Positions 26,007-43,209 of a DNA stretch of 64,000 nucleotides are shown here, in pieces. Made by a program: the position numbers and the translations under genes. The stretch's first letter is position 1. The number at the start of each line of letters is the position of its first letter. The stretch spans positions 28,334,001 to 28,398,000 of the forward strand of contig CM022671.1 in the NCBI GenBank assembly GCA_012295275.1, given 5' to 3'. This DNA is from Chrysomallon squamiferum. Lineage: Eukaryota > Animalia > Mollusca. Under the pieces are notes generated by a model, which made no database searches, was not told where the DNA came from, and saw nothing but the letters and a program-made list of their open reading frames with translations.

Positions 26007-28378
26007 GCTGAAGGCCAGTATGAATTTGCATATTATTTTTTCTGACTTTTTATTATTATTATTTTTTTAAATTTTAAACAGGAGGGGTATCACTGATAAT
26101 AAAAATTGGGTTACTGGAAGTCAAAGTATTTCTAACTGAATGTCTGTAAGCCTTTTATTGTCTTAGGTATTCTGGTTGATCCAAAGCATGACTAAACAAA
26201 GAAACATCCAAGAAAACACTGATCAGTCATCATTCAGTGGCAGCAAGAATATGTCATTGGTGATGACAACGTGAAGAGAAATTTCATGTGGCCCTTAGTT
26301 TGTGTAAAAGATGTTATAATGCATATAAATAAATATTTCTAATTCTGAATATAGACTTTTATTTCATAATTTAATTATTTCTCAAAAGCTATTAGAAATT
26401 TAAACAATTTGATTAGTAATATTAAAATACTCTTCATAGATAAAATTATATTTTCTATTAGATTATTAAAAAGCTAAAAATAAAAAAATGTCTTATTTAA
26501 TTTGGTGCAGATGTTGGTTTTAATCAATGACATGTTCTGGAAAACTAATTAGTGCAAATATTGATGTTTTTTTTAATTCTGTTAAATCTGTTACATTTTC
26601 AGAATACACAATAATTTAGACTATTTAATCCTGTTATTTTGTTATTCATTTTGGTTATAGGATAAAACAGCATTAACATTAATAGACAAATATTGCAAAA
26701 AAGTACAGTTCTAACTGCACTTTTTTTTAACATAAAAAAAAGTTTTTTTTTTTTTTTTTGAACATCCTTAAACCTGAATAAGCTGTTTCATTTTTATATT
26801 TTTAGAAATTGTTTTGCTTTGGTTAGTTTTGCGATAGTTCTGATGTCCACCTCCCTCACAATCCTCACCTAATCCCCCTCAAAAACATATCGTAACATTT
26901 GTTGCAATATTGTCAAATATCTTACCTCTTTGTATGATAGATAATCAGAGAACATGAATGGCTTGATTGTAATATTAATTCAGTTTGTACATATTACAAA
27001 TACATTTTTTTTTTTTTTAAACTATGAACAGTTAAGTGAATTAAGATTTAGCTTTAATTATAAAATTCATTTACAAAACAGAAACAATAATAAATATCAG
27101 GTGAAACAAAAATATATTTAAAAAAAAAAAAAAATATTTTGTGTTATAATTTCTAACCACCATTTCTTCATGTTATCGGACATCATTAGGTGCTAGGTGG
27201 GTGGAACTGTCAGTCAAACTGAATTATATAAATAAATGTTTATATGTATTGACGTCTTTTGTTTTTCATTCCTGAAGCTATTAGGTTTTTTTGATAATTG
27301 TATATGTTTACACATTCACACTTGATGTATTTCTATTAAAAAAAAAAAATGTAAAGAATTGTAGAAAAATTAAATTTAAAAAAAGTGAAAAAAGAATAAA
27401 ACTGTTTTGGAGTGACAACAAGGTACTGATTACATTAATATAGTAACTAAAAAAACGGCTAAAACTCAGTTTTGAAGTCCATAATCACTTTAGGCATTGT
27501 TTTTTAACTAATTTTTTTAACTGGCAATAAAAAATAACTTTTGAAAGTTAAGAACTTTTGGAAGTTAAGATTTATAAATAGTTGTTTTAGTATTTAAACC
27601 AATGAATATTTTAAATAAAATATAATTATTACTAAAAAATTAATAAATTAGAAAACAGGTTTCTGTTTGCAAGATATAATAACCTACAATAATAAATAAT
27701 TCCAGTGCAACACTGAATTTGTACACCATGTAAAAAAACCTGGTTGACTGTAAGAACAAATAATAATCTCACACAGCAAAATTAATTCCTGGATTTCTTT
27801 TTCATCAAAAGAGCAGAATGTCTACTGCCACAGGATTGGACTGTAAACTGACAGTATATATATAAATTACTGCTACACAAATAAATGCCAATAAACTTCA
27901 TAAACATGTTTTTATACATGTCTGCAAATTATTTTTTATAAAATTAAGAAAAAACGAAAGAGCAAAAAAGAATAACAAAGAAAACAGTTTTAATAATGGT
28001 TTATTACTAAAAATGACAACTATTTACATATGCATGATTTGTATTTCAAGGACAGGAGGTTTAAAATCAAATGAACATGATACATTGAAATGTAAACACA
28101 ATTATACAACATTATTTCTTGAAAAATTTAATTTTTCTTGCAATTCCTTTAATCATATAGTGATTCATGAGTTGGCAACAAATTTTAAACATTTATTTCA
28201 CCGAATTATCTTTCTGTAAAAGTGGCAACAACTTATTTTTTATCAAAACAAATAAATCTTAAAAATTCACATCTTCAAAACTGCCAGCCAAACCATCTGT
28301 TACAAACTAACGTGAAGAAAGAACAAACTGCACCGTGTTTTCATTTTCAAATAAAGTCTGAGCTCTGGTTAAGTCATT

Positions 28379-30232
28379 TCAGTGAACTACTGAGTTCAGT
28401 GGTTCAGCTTTGATGTTGTTAAAATCCATGGACGAATCTGTGTCATCATCAATTTCACCAATTATTGCACTGAAACAGAAACATGTCTTTTCAATATCAC
28501 TGTCAGAAACAACTGATTTTATTTATGCTGAAACTGGTATCTGTGAGAAAATCAAATTTAAAATATACATCATAGCTGTTTTCAAGATTTCTGAAAAATG
28601 TAAACCTATTAAATACATGATCATACATAGTAATAAAAAGTGAAAAAAATATATTTAAATAAAAAACCAAATATTATTTATTATTACTAAACAAATTCTT
28701 TCTATAAATATTTCTTTTTATCAAATAAATTATGTATTGTATATAAAAGTTTTTATAAATAGTTATCTGAATATTCTGGTCTGAGGCTAGCTTTAAACAA
28801 ATCATTGACAAAACGTTATCGCCTCTACAATTTGTTAGTTATTACTTACACATTATCTCCCCTGACAATGTAAAGTCCAAGCACAACTTGCTCCATGCCC
28901 TGTGTGAGACTGAACACTCGCTCATGACTCTCATCCAGTATCAGATTGATTGTCTGGTCGAAACCTTTCAGTGTACCCTAAACATAAAATATTAAATTAC
29001 AACTAACAGACTTCATGTGGTATACTATTTTCAAATACAAAATGACTATCATGAGGTCCTGGTAAATGAAAAAAAAAGAAAAAGAAAAAGAATATAAGAA
29101 ATAAATGGTTATTACATAAATGTTACTAGTCATAAATATTAATGAAAAAGAAATTGCTATACGAAATGTTCCTAAATGTATTTATTTTATTACGGTTATT
29201 AAATTCATATTCATTTTTTTGTTTTTTTTGTTTTTAAATAATAATATTAATTTCTATCTGTATTTCTCAACTTACCACAATAATTCGTCCATCAGCAGTA
29301 ACTACTGAAACTGTTTCTGTTTTGTAATTAAAGAAAAGAAATCTTCAAAATAAACACTAATAATTCATGGACTGTTTCACCGTTTGTAGCAACATAATCA
29401 AACTAGTTACAAATCTTAACACAGAGCTGACTTCTGAATCTACCAGTACACAAAATGAAAAAAAAAGCAAATCTGACTGATTTACTGAAAGACCACTCAA
29501 TAGGTACATGATACAATTGTACTTTTCACCATTACCCAAGTTCACATTGTGTGCACAGGCAGTTGTATCCAGTTGATGTGCACCACATCCAGAACAAGTG
29601 TTATGGTTCATCTGTTTTTAAAACTGCTTCTTTTATTTTTATTTTTTTCTAGAAATATATTTAATGTTCCACTAAAATTTCTTCGAAAAATCATCCAGAC
29701 ACCAAACAATGGCAAATACATTTTTTGTCTAGTCTTAAACAGAGATCAAGTATTTAACTTTGTTTATTTGTAATCATAAAGCTGTATATTACTCTTATTT
29801 TTCAAGTTACCATCATGAATATGGTATCATTTTACTGTCATATACTTAAAGACAAAACTGGTAATCTCCTTTGTTTTGCGTGAGTAAATTAGTAAACGAA
29901 CAATAATTACAGTAACGTAGTATCTAATAAATAAGGACCAAGACATGTATCATCGTATGCATATACTGAAATATTTATACTATATATATATAATATAGGT
30001 ATGTTATATATTATTAATTATAATGTACTTCGGTGGATTTGATCTAAAAATATAAATATTAAAATTAATACAATAAAAATATGAATAGGCAATAGGCTGA
30101 ATAGCGGAACACGGTTTAACGTAATACTTGGTAACACGAACTTTCTAAATACAAGCACCTGCCCATTTCACTTTTGCTTTAAAATAGCAAAAAAAGGATA
30201 CTGTTTATGTAACTTTCAAGTGCAGATGCCAT
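28379..30232 (-). CDS. LSM8: U6 snRNA-associated Sm-like protein LSm8. Exons 30232-30202, 29316-29276, 28977-28850, 28469-28379; 96 aa
   Basis: Spliced translation MASALESYINKTVSVVTADGRIIVGTLKGFDQTINLILDESHERVFSLTQGMEQVVLGLYIVRGDNVAIIGEIDDDTDSSMDFNNIKAEPLNSVVH* has Sm1 (GTLKGFDQTINL) and Sm2 (IVRGDNV) motifs and an LSm8-type tail. The ORF track misses it because the exons are short. Confidence 0.96.
29317..30201 (-). other. U12-type (minor spliceosome) GT-AG intron 1 of LSM8
   Basis: The 5' splice site reads GTATCCTTTT (U12 consensus RTATCCTTT). The 3' end reads TTTTCTTTAATtacaaaaCAG, a U12-like branch site about 11 nt from the AG with no polypyrimidine tract between them. Confidence 0.9.
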
Positions 30233-30239
30233 CTCTCAA

Positions 30240-31070
<831 letters not shown>

Positions 31071-31624
31071 ACTGACTAAAATTATTTTTGGTGCATGTAT
31101 TTTTTAAGCAGTTTTATTGATGTTGTTTTCTTTAATATTTGATAAAATTATTGAAATTGAATTATAGATTAAAAGTTAATAGTTATTAAGTTAATAATTT
31201 AAAAACAAATAAAAATTGGCCTGATAATACCTCATTAATATTATAGTCCAGTTTATATTGCTACTAAATTTAATAAAGAGTCATTGTAAATTATGAAATT
31301 ATTTATTACGGACTGATATTGTGATAACGTTTGTTATTACTGTGTATTAGTATTACTATTAGAATACTTGTATCATATAATGAGATATTGTTAACCAACT
31401 ACCAGTACCAAGATACAGAGAATCCTTAGGCTTAGCACCAAGGTTTATTAAAATAAATAATAATAATAGACCAGTAAACTAAACACGGGTTTTATTATAA
31501 ACGATTATTAATTAATTAAATTCATGAGAATGATTATTGATATTTGAATATCTTTTGCACAACTCACATATAAATATAATGTTGTAGTATTATGATCAAA
31601 ATAATGATTAGTTTGTTAGTATAA

Positions 31625-34996
<3,372 letters not shown>

Positions 34997-37900
34997 ACAT
35001 ATTAGACTAAACACAGAGAAAAAAAAAAAAAAAAAAAAAATTGTTTTTTGACTAACAATCATGGAATTGACTTCATTTATGATGCTACAGACTTGGTGTT
35101 TTATTCAACTTTGGGATCAGCAGAAATCTTTCATAAATAAATTACTAGTCCTTTTCTCTCTCAGAAAATTAAAATGTCTCTTATTTTTTAACTTGTTTTT
35201 CTTGTTTTGTCTTTTAATAATCATTCTAAGGAAACTAATTAATTCTTTTTTAAAAATTAACTTGTATGACATATCCATTGATTAAATAAAGTTGAACTCT
35301 GGGTACATTTTATATTATGAGCCTTTCCTTAAATTTAATAAAATTTCGTATAAACATATTTTAACTGGACTTCAGCTTTACTAGTTTACCACGTAAGGGC
35401 AGTCTGAAACAAAATTTCATAAGGAAAAATACTTGCATATTCATTTATAATTTTATCTATTAGATCCATACATACTGAGTCTCTTTGCAGATAAAAATAT
35501 TAACAGGGTTGTCACTTTCTGGAAAATAATGTATTTCTGAAAGTTACTGTCTTTTTAAAGTCAAAGAATTTCTTCAGTGGCATGAATTTTTTTATTTTAT
35601 TTTATTTTTTTTTATCTCGGTTGTATCAACATGAATCCAAACTTTGTGTTACATCTGACTTAAAATTAAAATTGTTTTTAAAAATCCTGGAACAAAAAAG
35701 GCTACATTGTAACTGAATGCTGGCAAAGTGACTGTCAGGTTCCTGTTTCTGTACACTTGTGTAACTGTGTACCCATAATGTACATTCGATGAGGTGTGAA
35801 CATTTCCATAGTAATTTTTACAGCAAGAATAAAATGTATCTAAAACTTAATGTGTTTCTTTTTTGTTAATATGAAACTTGTCTCATGTCAGTGCAGATGA
35901 GCAAAATATAAAGTTTTTGTGATTCTCTGAGGTTAAATGTAAAGGTAAATAAAAATGACGGGCAAAAAATATCGATTTGGTATGTAGATGGCCCTCCCCC
36001 CCCTCTAAAAACACACCCGTACAGATCGATCCATTTACTCAGTCTTTCAAATATATTTGCGTTTGCATTCAGAAGAATAACTGGTCCAAACACCAGCATT
36101 AATTTTAACAAACTTGATTTATCATTTTATTTATTTATTATTTATTTATTTATTTGATTATTAGAGTTGTTGTTGTTGTTATTATTATTATTTGTTTATT
36201 TTATTATATATTTTTTCTTTATAGTTCGTTAGTTATCAGTGGTTGCAAGTATAGAAAATAATACATTTCTGCCATTTAAGTCAGGCAATACAGTTTAAAG
36301 TTTATTTTAAAAACTGATTATTTTCATTTATTTCTATATAAACATGATAACAGTACACAATAAAGAGCCATATTATTTATTTTGACTATGTGAAATAACA
36401 TTAGTATATGCATGCCAATATAAATAATTTTATTAGTTCATAATAAACTAAATATAAATATAACACTGATACATCAAACGTACAAGTGATTCAGATGAGA
36501 AAATGGTGTATGAAATAGTGATAATTATATACTGTTTATTTATTTGTTTATTTATTTATCTTAAAATATCTTCTTATTCATATTTAGTTATATTTACTTA
36601 GTATTTAAAAAAGATTAATTTTTTTGTTGTTTATTTTAAATAATTTTAAAATGGAAATCTTTCTCTTAGAATTATATATTTTATTATTATTGTTTTAAAA
36701 TAAGTTATTTTGATCTCTTCCTTGATCTGTACATATAAGGGGTCAGAATAAAAACTCTAATACTTTTATTTTATACTTTCCTCTTTTTCACCATAGATTT
36801 TCTCAACAAGACATTCATTGACAGTTATTAACTTTATATAAATATTTTATTATGTAAGAAAAATCATGTTCCTTTACATGCCTTTCTAGTGGTGTAAAAC
36901 ACCTTACCAGCGACCTCTTGTTGAAAGAGTTTAAATAAATTTTAAATGGCTTTTATGCTCAGGGTTTGCTCAGCTGGAGTCATAAATACAGTGAATATTT
37001 ATCTTACCTGAGATTTAAAGTAGATAATATGTAAATAACTAATTCATTGTGGTATAAAAGCGTTGTTATTACAGCTGTACTGTAAGTTGAAAATAAATGT
37101 TATGAAAAACGAGTCTTTGTATTTGTTTTTTTCACTGAATGATTTATTAAAAGTTTTTCTGCATTAAAAAAAAAAGTGTCATGAATGAATGATACAGGCA
37201 AATTTAAATGTCAAAAGTACTGTAAATAAAATAGTATATGAAATTATAAGAAAATAAGAAAACTTGATGGTAAAATAATAAATTTACAAAAAAAAAGTAA
37301 CTCCTAATAATAAAAAATAAATAAATAAATAATAAATATAAAAATAATACATAAAATAAATAAATAAAATTAAAAAATTAAACAGATAATGATGAAAGAA
37401 TGAAAATGTCACCTGTGTATGGGGACAAAATAAAACAAACAAACAAACCAAAATATAACAAGAACTAAAAATACTAAGATGATATCATAAAAGCAGTGAC
37501 GAAATGAAACAAATTGCCTTGTAAATAACAATTTATATAGTTTATTGATTTGATGGGCTTTGCGAACTGTTACAATTTTTGTGCTTTTTTTTTTTATGTA
37601 ATTTTTTACGTGATTTTTTTTAACATGAAATAAAAGAAAAACTAAAATAACATTCTAGTGCAGTAACAAATACAGAATCCATAAACACAAAGAAATAGAC
37701 AGGAACATATGCATATTCAAAGCTGTTTCTTAAAAAAAAAAAAAAATTATCTTACATTAAAATAACCTTCTTGAATGTTTTGTATAACAAAAGGGTACCC
37801 GTGTTTCATTTTTAAAAATACTAAACAAATTAAAATAACATTGGGAATGCCATTAATAGAGTAATTATTAATTTTGTTCTTCTACGTAAAATAAAAAATA

Positions 37901-38061
37901 TCAAAAAGTTTAAAGCAAATTTTACTAAACATGCCCAGTTGCTTTATACAGTCAAACTTCAAAATAATTTTTACTTTATAAAGCTAGAGACTGATTTAAA
38001 AATGTAAAATTTAAAAAAAAAAAAAAAAAAAAGCAAGAACATAAAACATTTTGTTTAATTA

Positions 38062-38123
<62 letters not shown>

Positions 38124-38373
38124 GTTTTTGTTTTATTTTATATATTATATTTTATTTTTTTTTTTTTTTTTTTTTTAATTTTTACATTTCAAAAAGAACA
38201 TCATGCAAAGTAATAAATATTTATATTTCACCACCTACAGCTAGAAGAATTGTACAGGCAAGAGACTAAATTCATGTCTCAAAACTATGTTTTCACTGAG
38301 TCCATATTAACGTCTCTGTATTAAATAACAATGAAAACAACTCAAGAAACTTTACAAAAAGAAAATGGCTGTA

Positions 38374-39198
38374 TTAATGGGCGTATTTAGTTTCCTGAGC
38401 GAGCTGTTTGAGAAGTGTGTTCATCACACCAAGAAGCTGATCCCAGGCTTTGACTGCTGCGTCTGACACCTGCGACTTAAACGTTACCTTCAAGAATGGT
38501 CCAAACATTTTTTGTAGATCCTGAAAAAAAAAAAAAAAAAAAAACCAAGTTTCAAATATCGTAGGAAAATATAATGTACGTACCATTACTACATCTACTT
38601 TTATTAAAAATTAAATTAAAATTTTAAAAATTGTACGAAAATAAAATTAACAGATTACTACTACTACTGCTATCACACCACAACTACATATTGTTATTGT
38701 GTTAATATTTTAAATTACAGAAGAGATTAAAAGAAACAAACTGTTTTTTAACTTTCAAATATGCTAATGACGCTGAAAATCTGCTGGAGACAGATTTAAT
38801 TTACTCACCACAAAACTTCTCAAGGAAACCTCTCTGTGGAAATGGTTTCTGCCAATTTTGTGTACGATCTGGACAAGGCAGTCTGCGTCATCGAGATTCT
38901 CCACCAATGAGCCGATGGAATACATCACAGTTGTAGCGTGCGCGCGCATGTTTGGACTCGTTTGCAGCTCCTCTAAGCTCTTCCCCTTAAAGTGCTCGAA
39001 GTAGTCCTGGGTGTACGGATATTCTTTGAACAGCATGATGAAAAAATTGACGCCATTTTCTTTTTGGTTTTCTGTGAAAAGTTTCCAGGACTTTTTAATT
39101 AGAGATTTCTGGTACTGTGTTAGTCCGGTAGCCGGGTCTTTTTGGGTGTCGTCTTCGTACCCAAGCAAATACCAAAACCAGCTCATTGTGGAACCCAT
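38374..39198 (-). CDS. Single-domain globin (cytoglobin/HbL-like) with predicted N-myristoylated N-terminal extension. Exons 39198-38809 and 38520-38374; 178 aa
   Basis: Globin-fold residues: A-helix GLTQYQKSLIKKSW, B10 Phe, C2 Pro and CD1 Phe (YPYTQDYF), distal E7 His (RAHATTV), proximal F8 His (GRNHFHR) and H-helix AW. Phase-0 intron GTG|gtgagt...tttcag|GAT. An in-frame TAA three codons upstream fixes the start at MGSTMS. Confidence 0.93.
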
Positions 39199-39346
39199 TG
39201 TTGATTATGCTGAGATCGAAAATTGATCTGAAAAATAAATTAAGATAAATAGTTGTAAATATTAAGTAATTCACGCACTCAAAATTCGTTAATTTGAAAT
39301 GAAGGCTGAAAGAAGAACTGAAAAGGCTCGAAGAAATATATAGAGG

Positions 39347-39500
39347 ATACCCATGTTTACAACCAGTTACACAAAATAAAATAAAAGAAAACAACTAATA
39401 GAAATATTTTATACAAGAAACCAGGTGCGATACCTATGTTTACAACCAGTCACAGAAAATAAAATAAAATAAAGCAACTACCAGAAATATTTTATGCATA
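39347..39500 (+). repeat. Two-copy tandem duplication of about 83 nt in the globin 5'UTR intron
   Basis: gatacc(c/t)atgtttacaaccagt(t/c)aca(c/g)aaaataaaataaaa...caacta...agaaatattttat occurs twice in tandem. Confidence 0.85.
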
Positions 39501-40092
39501 TACAGAAGATGCCAGATGGTACACAGAAGGCGGAGACGAGAACGGCTTATGATAACTAAAATGTTTTCATTCACTAAAATCTTAATGTCGGTATAATTAC
39601 CAGTGATTCAACAACGCCTATTTTTTTTTATTTTTTTTTTTTTTTTTTTTTTTACTTATTAATTTTAAATTAATTTTTTATATCCTATATTCAGTTATAT
39701 TTGTACGTACTGCTAGATCCCCGTATAAATAATAACAACAACAACAATTACAATAATAACCACTTCTACTTAATCATACGTGAACAAAGCGCATTTAAGT
39801 TATTTGTCATTATTATACCACGTTCGTTACCTCAGCCGTGCATTATCGCTCAGTTCGCTAGTAAATATATATCTAAAATTAAAGAGAATAACAATGATTT
39901 CTACAAAACAAATATTTTCTGTGGAATTTAATTATTTTCACATTTTCACCCGAAGACAGATTGTATAACTTTGCAATTAATAATGCCGTACATCAAATGC
40001 ATTCTTTTTTCTTTTCTCAATTATTTTTTTTTAAATTATTATTATTATTATTATTATTTATTACTGTATATATAATTTACGTATGATCTTAA

Positions 40093-40147
<55 letters not shown>

Positions 40148-42288
40148 GACAATAAATAAACAAAAATTAAATTAAAAATAAATAAAGAAAAAGAAAATAG
40201 AAAATGAAATAAAATAAGTAAAAATAATAACGAAATATTTGTGCGGGTCGTATAACTTAAATAAACAATATTCCCCAAAACGCAAATTATCTTTATCTAT
40301 ATTATTATTATTTTTTTTTTTCACTAACCCAGAAAAGTACTTACTATTTCGCAATTTGTAGCACACACCTAGTTATATGGGACAAAAAGCAGACTGTACA
40401 AACAAGTAAACATAAACGGAATGTAGATGACAGACCAAGTGAATTTAATACGAACTTAAAATACGTGTAAACTGGCTAACAAATAATAGATCCCAGTGAT
40501 GCATGACAGCCTCAACTTTGTATTTTTACGATATCGGGGCGAATTTAGAACTCTTACACTGGACGATATGTTTCAACACATGACATACAGCACGTATCGT
40601 TTTCAGCGATTACCTGCTAGGTATTTGGGTTTATGTTCTTTCATCCTGCGTAGAGTTTGATCAAGCCACATGAAAAGAGTAAGGTTATATTTATAGCTTT
40701 TCTCTTTGAGGTACTAACTTGTGTTGATAGGCCAGAGTATGAAAGGTAAATTAAAAACAAGAAGACGATGATGAATTTGTAAATTCTAAACAAAATGTAT
40801 TAAAATAAAATGAAAGATCGTAAGTATTTCTCTTCGATGCGACCGTTTGGATATTTCTCGTTATAACCAGTGTCTTAACACGGACAGAAACTTCAGTAAA
40901 TACTATCACTTCCAAAATAGCTGGTTATTTATTTATTTATTAAAAATATATATATATATTTCATAAAAAAAATATATATATTTTTATTGTAGTTGTATTT
41001 TTATTAAAGAAAAAACAAAACAATAGTGAATTTTGAAATCATGGACACTCAGCTCTTTTTAGCTGATATTTCTCACACATTTTAGTCCAAAACAATGTCA
41101 AGGTCATCGTCTGTTTCTACACAGTCTACAGTTTAAACAAGTTGTTTGTAACGCCTACTTTACTTTGAATATTTAGATATTCTTTCATTTACATTCATTG
41201 TCAGCAAAATGCAATGACTATCATTTATGTTTCTGCTTACCTCGCATAAACATGCTCAACCAGTTACTTTTTATCATAAATACATGTATTTGTTTACCAC
41301 GGACTCAAAAACACAACAATACTTAGCAATGTAAATACAAACACATAAAGAAAATTTGTTTTCCGAGGCAAGAATGGTCAGGATACTGAACTCACTAAAG
41401 CAACTCAGAATTCAATAGAAACTATTTTATGACATCGATCATTATGGAGATTCAAAAAAAAAAAACAACAAAAAATCATTTACCAGAAGAACGCCTGGTA
41501 TTTAAAAGGATTTCGACCTTGGATTTTCCTGTTTGTAATAATAAAAATCTTCTGCCTGATTGTAAATAAATCAGTGGAAAATGCGGACAGCTTCACCTGC
41601 TTTAGTGGTTCGTATAATCTTTCAGTGAGAATGATTCATTTAGAATTAATATTGACATTCAAGGCGGTTTCTTCTTGGTAACGATAGGTACTGAATTCAT
41701 GTGTATACGAAGCTTAGTGAGGTTTTTTTTTTTTAATGTTATCGTCTGGAGAATCTGGCTTGAGCAGCATGTCGTATCAGCGAATATATATATAAGGAAA
41801 CATTAATTCCCTTCTCGCAAATCACAACAACATAACGGATTATCGAAATAATCTAGAGAATGAAAGTTGATTATTAAAAGATTTACGTTTTTAATGACGT
41901 TAATATCACAGTTTGACTTATTTAGTTATAAAAATGTGTGTATGGCGATATGATCAAACGGCCGAATAAACTTTTATCTCATTCTAGTTGACAGTAATAA
42001 AATATGGCATTTATCCAGAAAGTTCGTAAGGATGCCGGTTGCACTTATTTCGTGACGTATATACGACATAAAATTGCTTCAAGAAGTAAGTAAGAACAGT
42101 AAACCTTCAGCAACTCAGAGGGTTTGTTACTTCAGACATATGGCTTCATCGGTGGAAAAATTTAGTCGCTAAATTAAATAAACAATAATCTGAAACTGTA
42201 CTAAATGTATTTGTTTCTGCTATTCTTATTGTTTTTGTCGTTGTAGTTATTGTTATTGTTGTTGTAGTTGTCCTTCTTTTTTTTGTTG

Positions 42289-42338
<50 letters not shown>

Positions 42339-43209
42339 TTATTGCATACGTGCCTGGGAGCCTATGGGTTATGAACTCGGGTTTTACTGAATTTCTGTGT
42401 GCTGATGAAAAAGAAATAATTATGTGAAAAAAAGAAGAAGAAGTTTAAAAACATTTGATTGCATCATTTCTGTTACATATTTCTGTTTTGATTCTTCATG
42501 TTTCATATCTTGGAAAATATTTCGTCTTTAAACAAGAAAAGAAATACAAAACTAATATAAAGATTTTGCTACGCATTCTTTGTGATTTATTCGTATGAAT
42601 GAAATATATAATTATATTAAGAAAATCATATGATTTGTGTTTTTCCGTACCTACTTACATACAAATATTGGTTCACTACGAACTGTAGCCAGGTTGGCAA
42701 ATAACTAGTATTTAAATTTTGTCAATGATGTTTTGACTGTTAGCATCAGAGACAACCACTTGTCAGTGTCTGGAACCGATAGATGAATACTCTGACAATA
42801 ATAAAAATAACATAAAAATAGACTACACATAAAACGAAAATACCACGCCGCAAGACATTTCAAAATGTCACTTAAAACGAACACACTTAGTACTTCTGAA
42901 CGTCTGCGAAATAGTAAAATGTTTGAATTTCTAGATTCTTCTCAGCTGTATACAAAATTTAAAAATCTTTTTCGTTTTGTTCTGTAAGTTATATATATAT
43001 TCCACAAATATGCATTCTTTCAGTCAATTATTATGCTGGCATTTCTTTTATTCTCAAAGAATTAGCAAGGGTGGAGCGACATTTTCGTTATATAAAGAAA
43101 ACAGATCCTGTTTGCCGAGCTGTGCCGTGTATCAGATTACACGTGACCATCACAACTGTCAAATTTCAAAACTGTTTACATATACGATAATCATATTCAC
43201 TACAATCAG

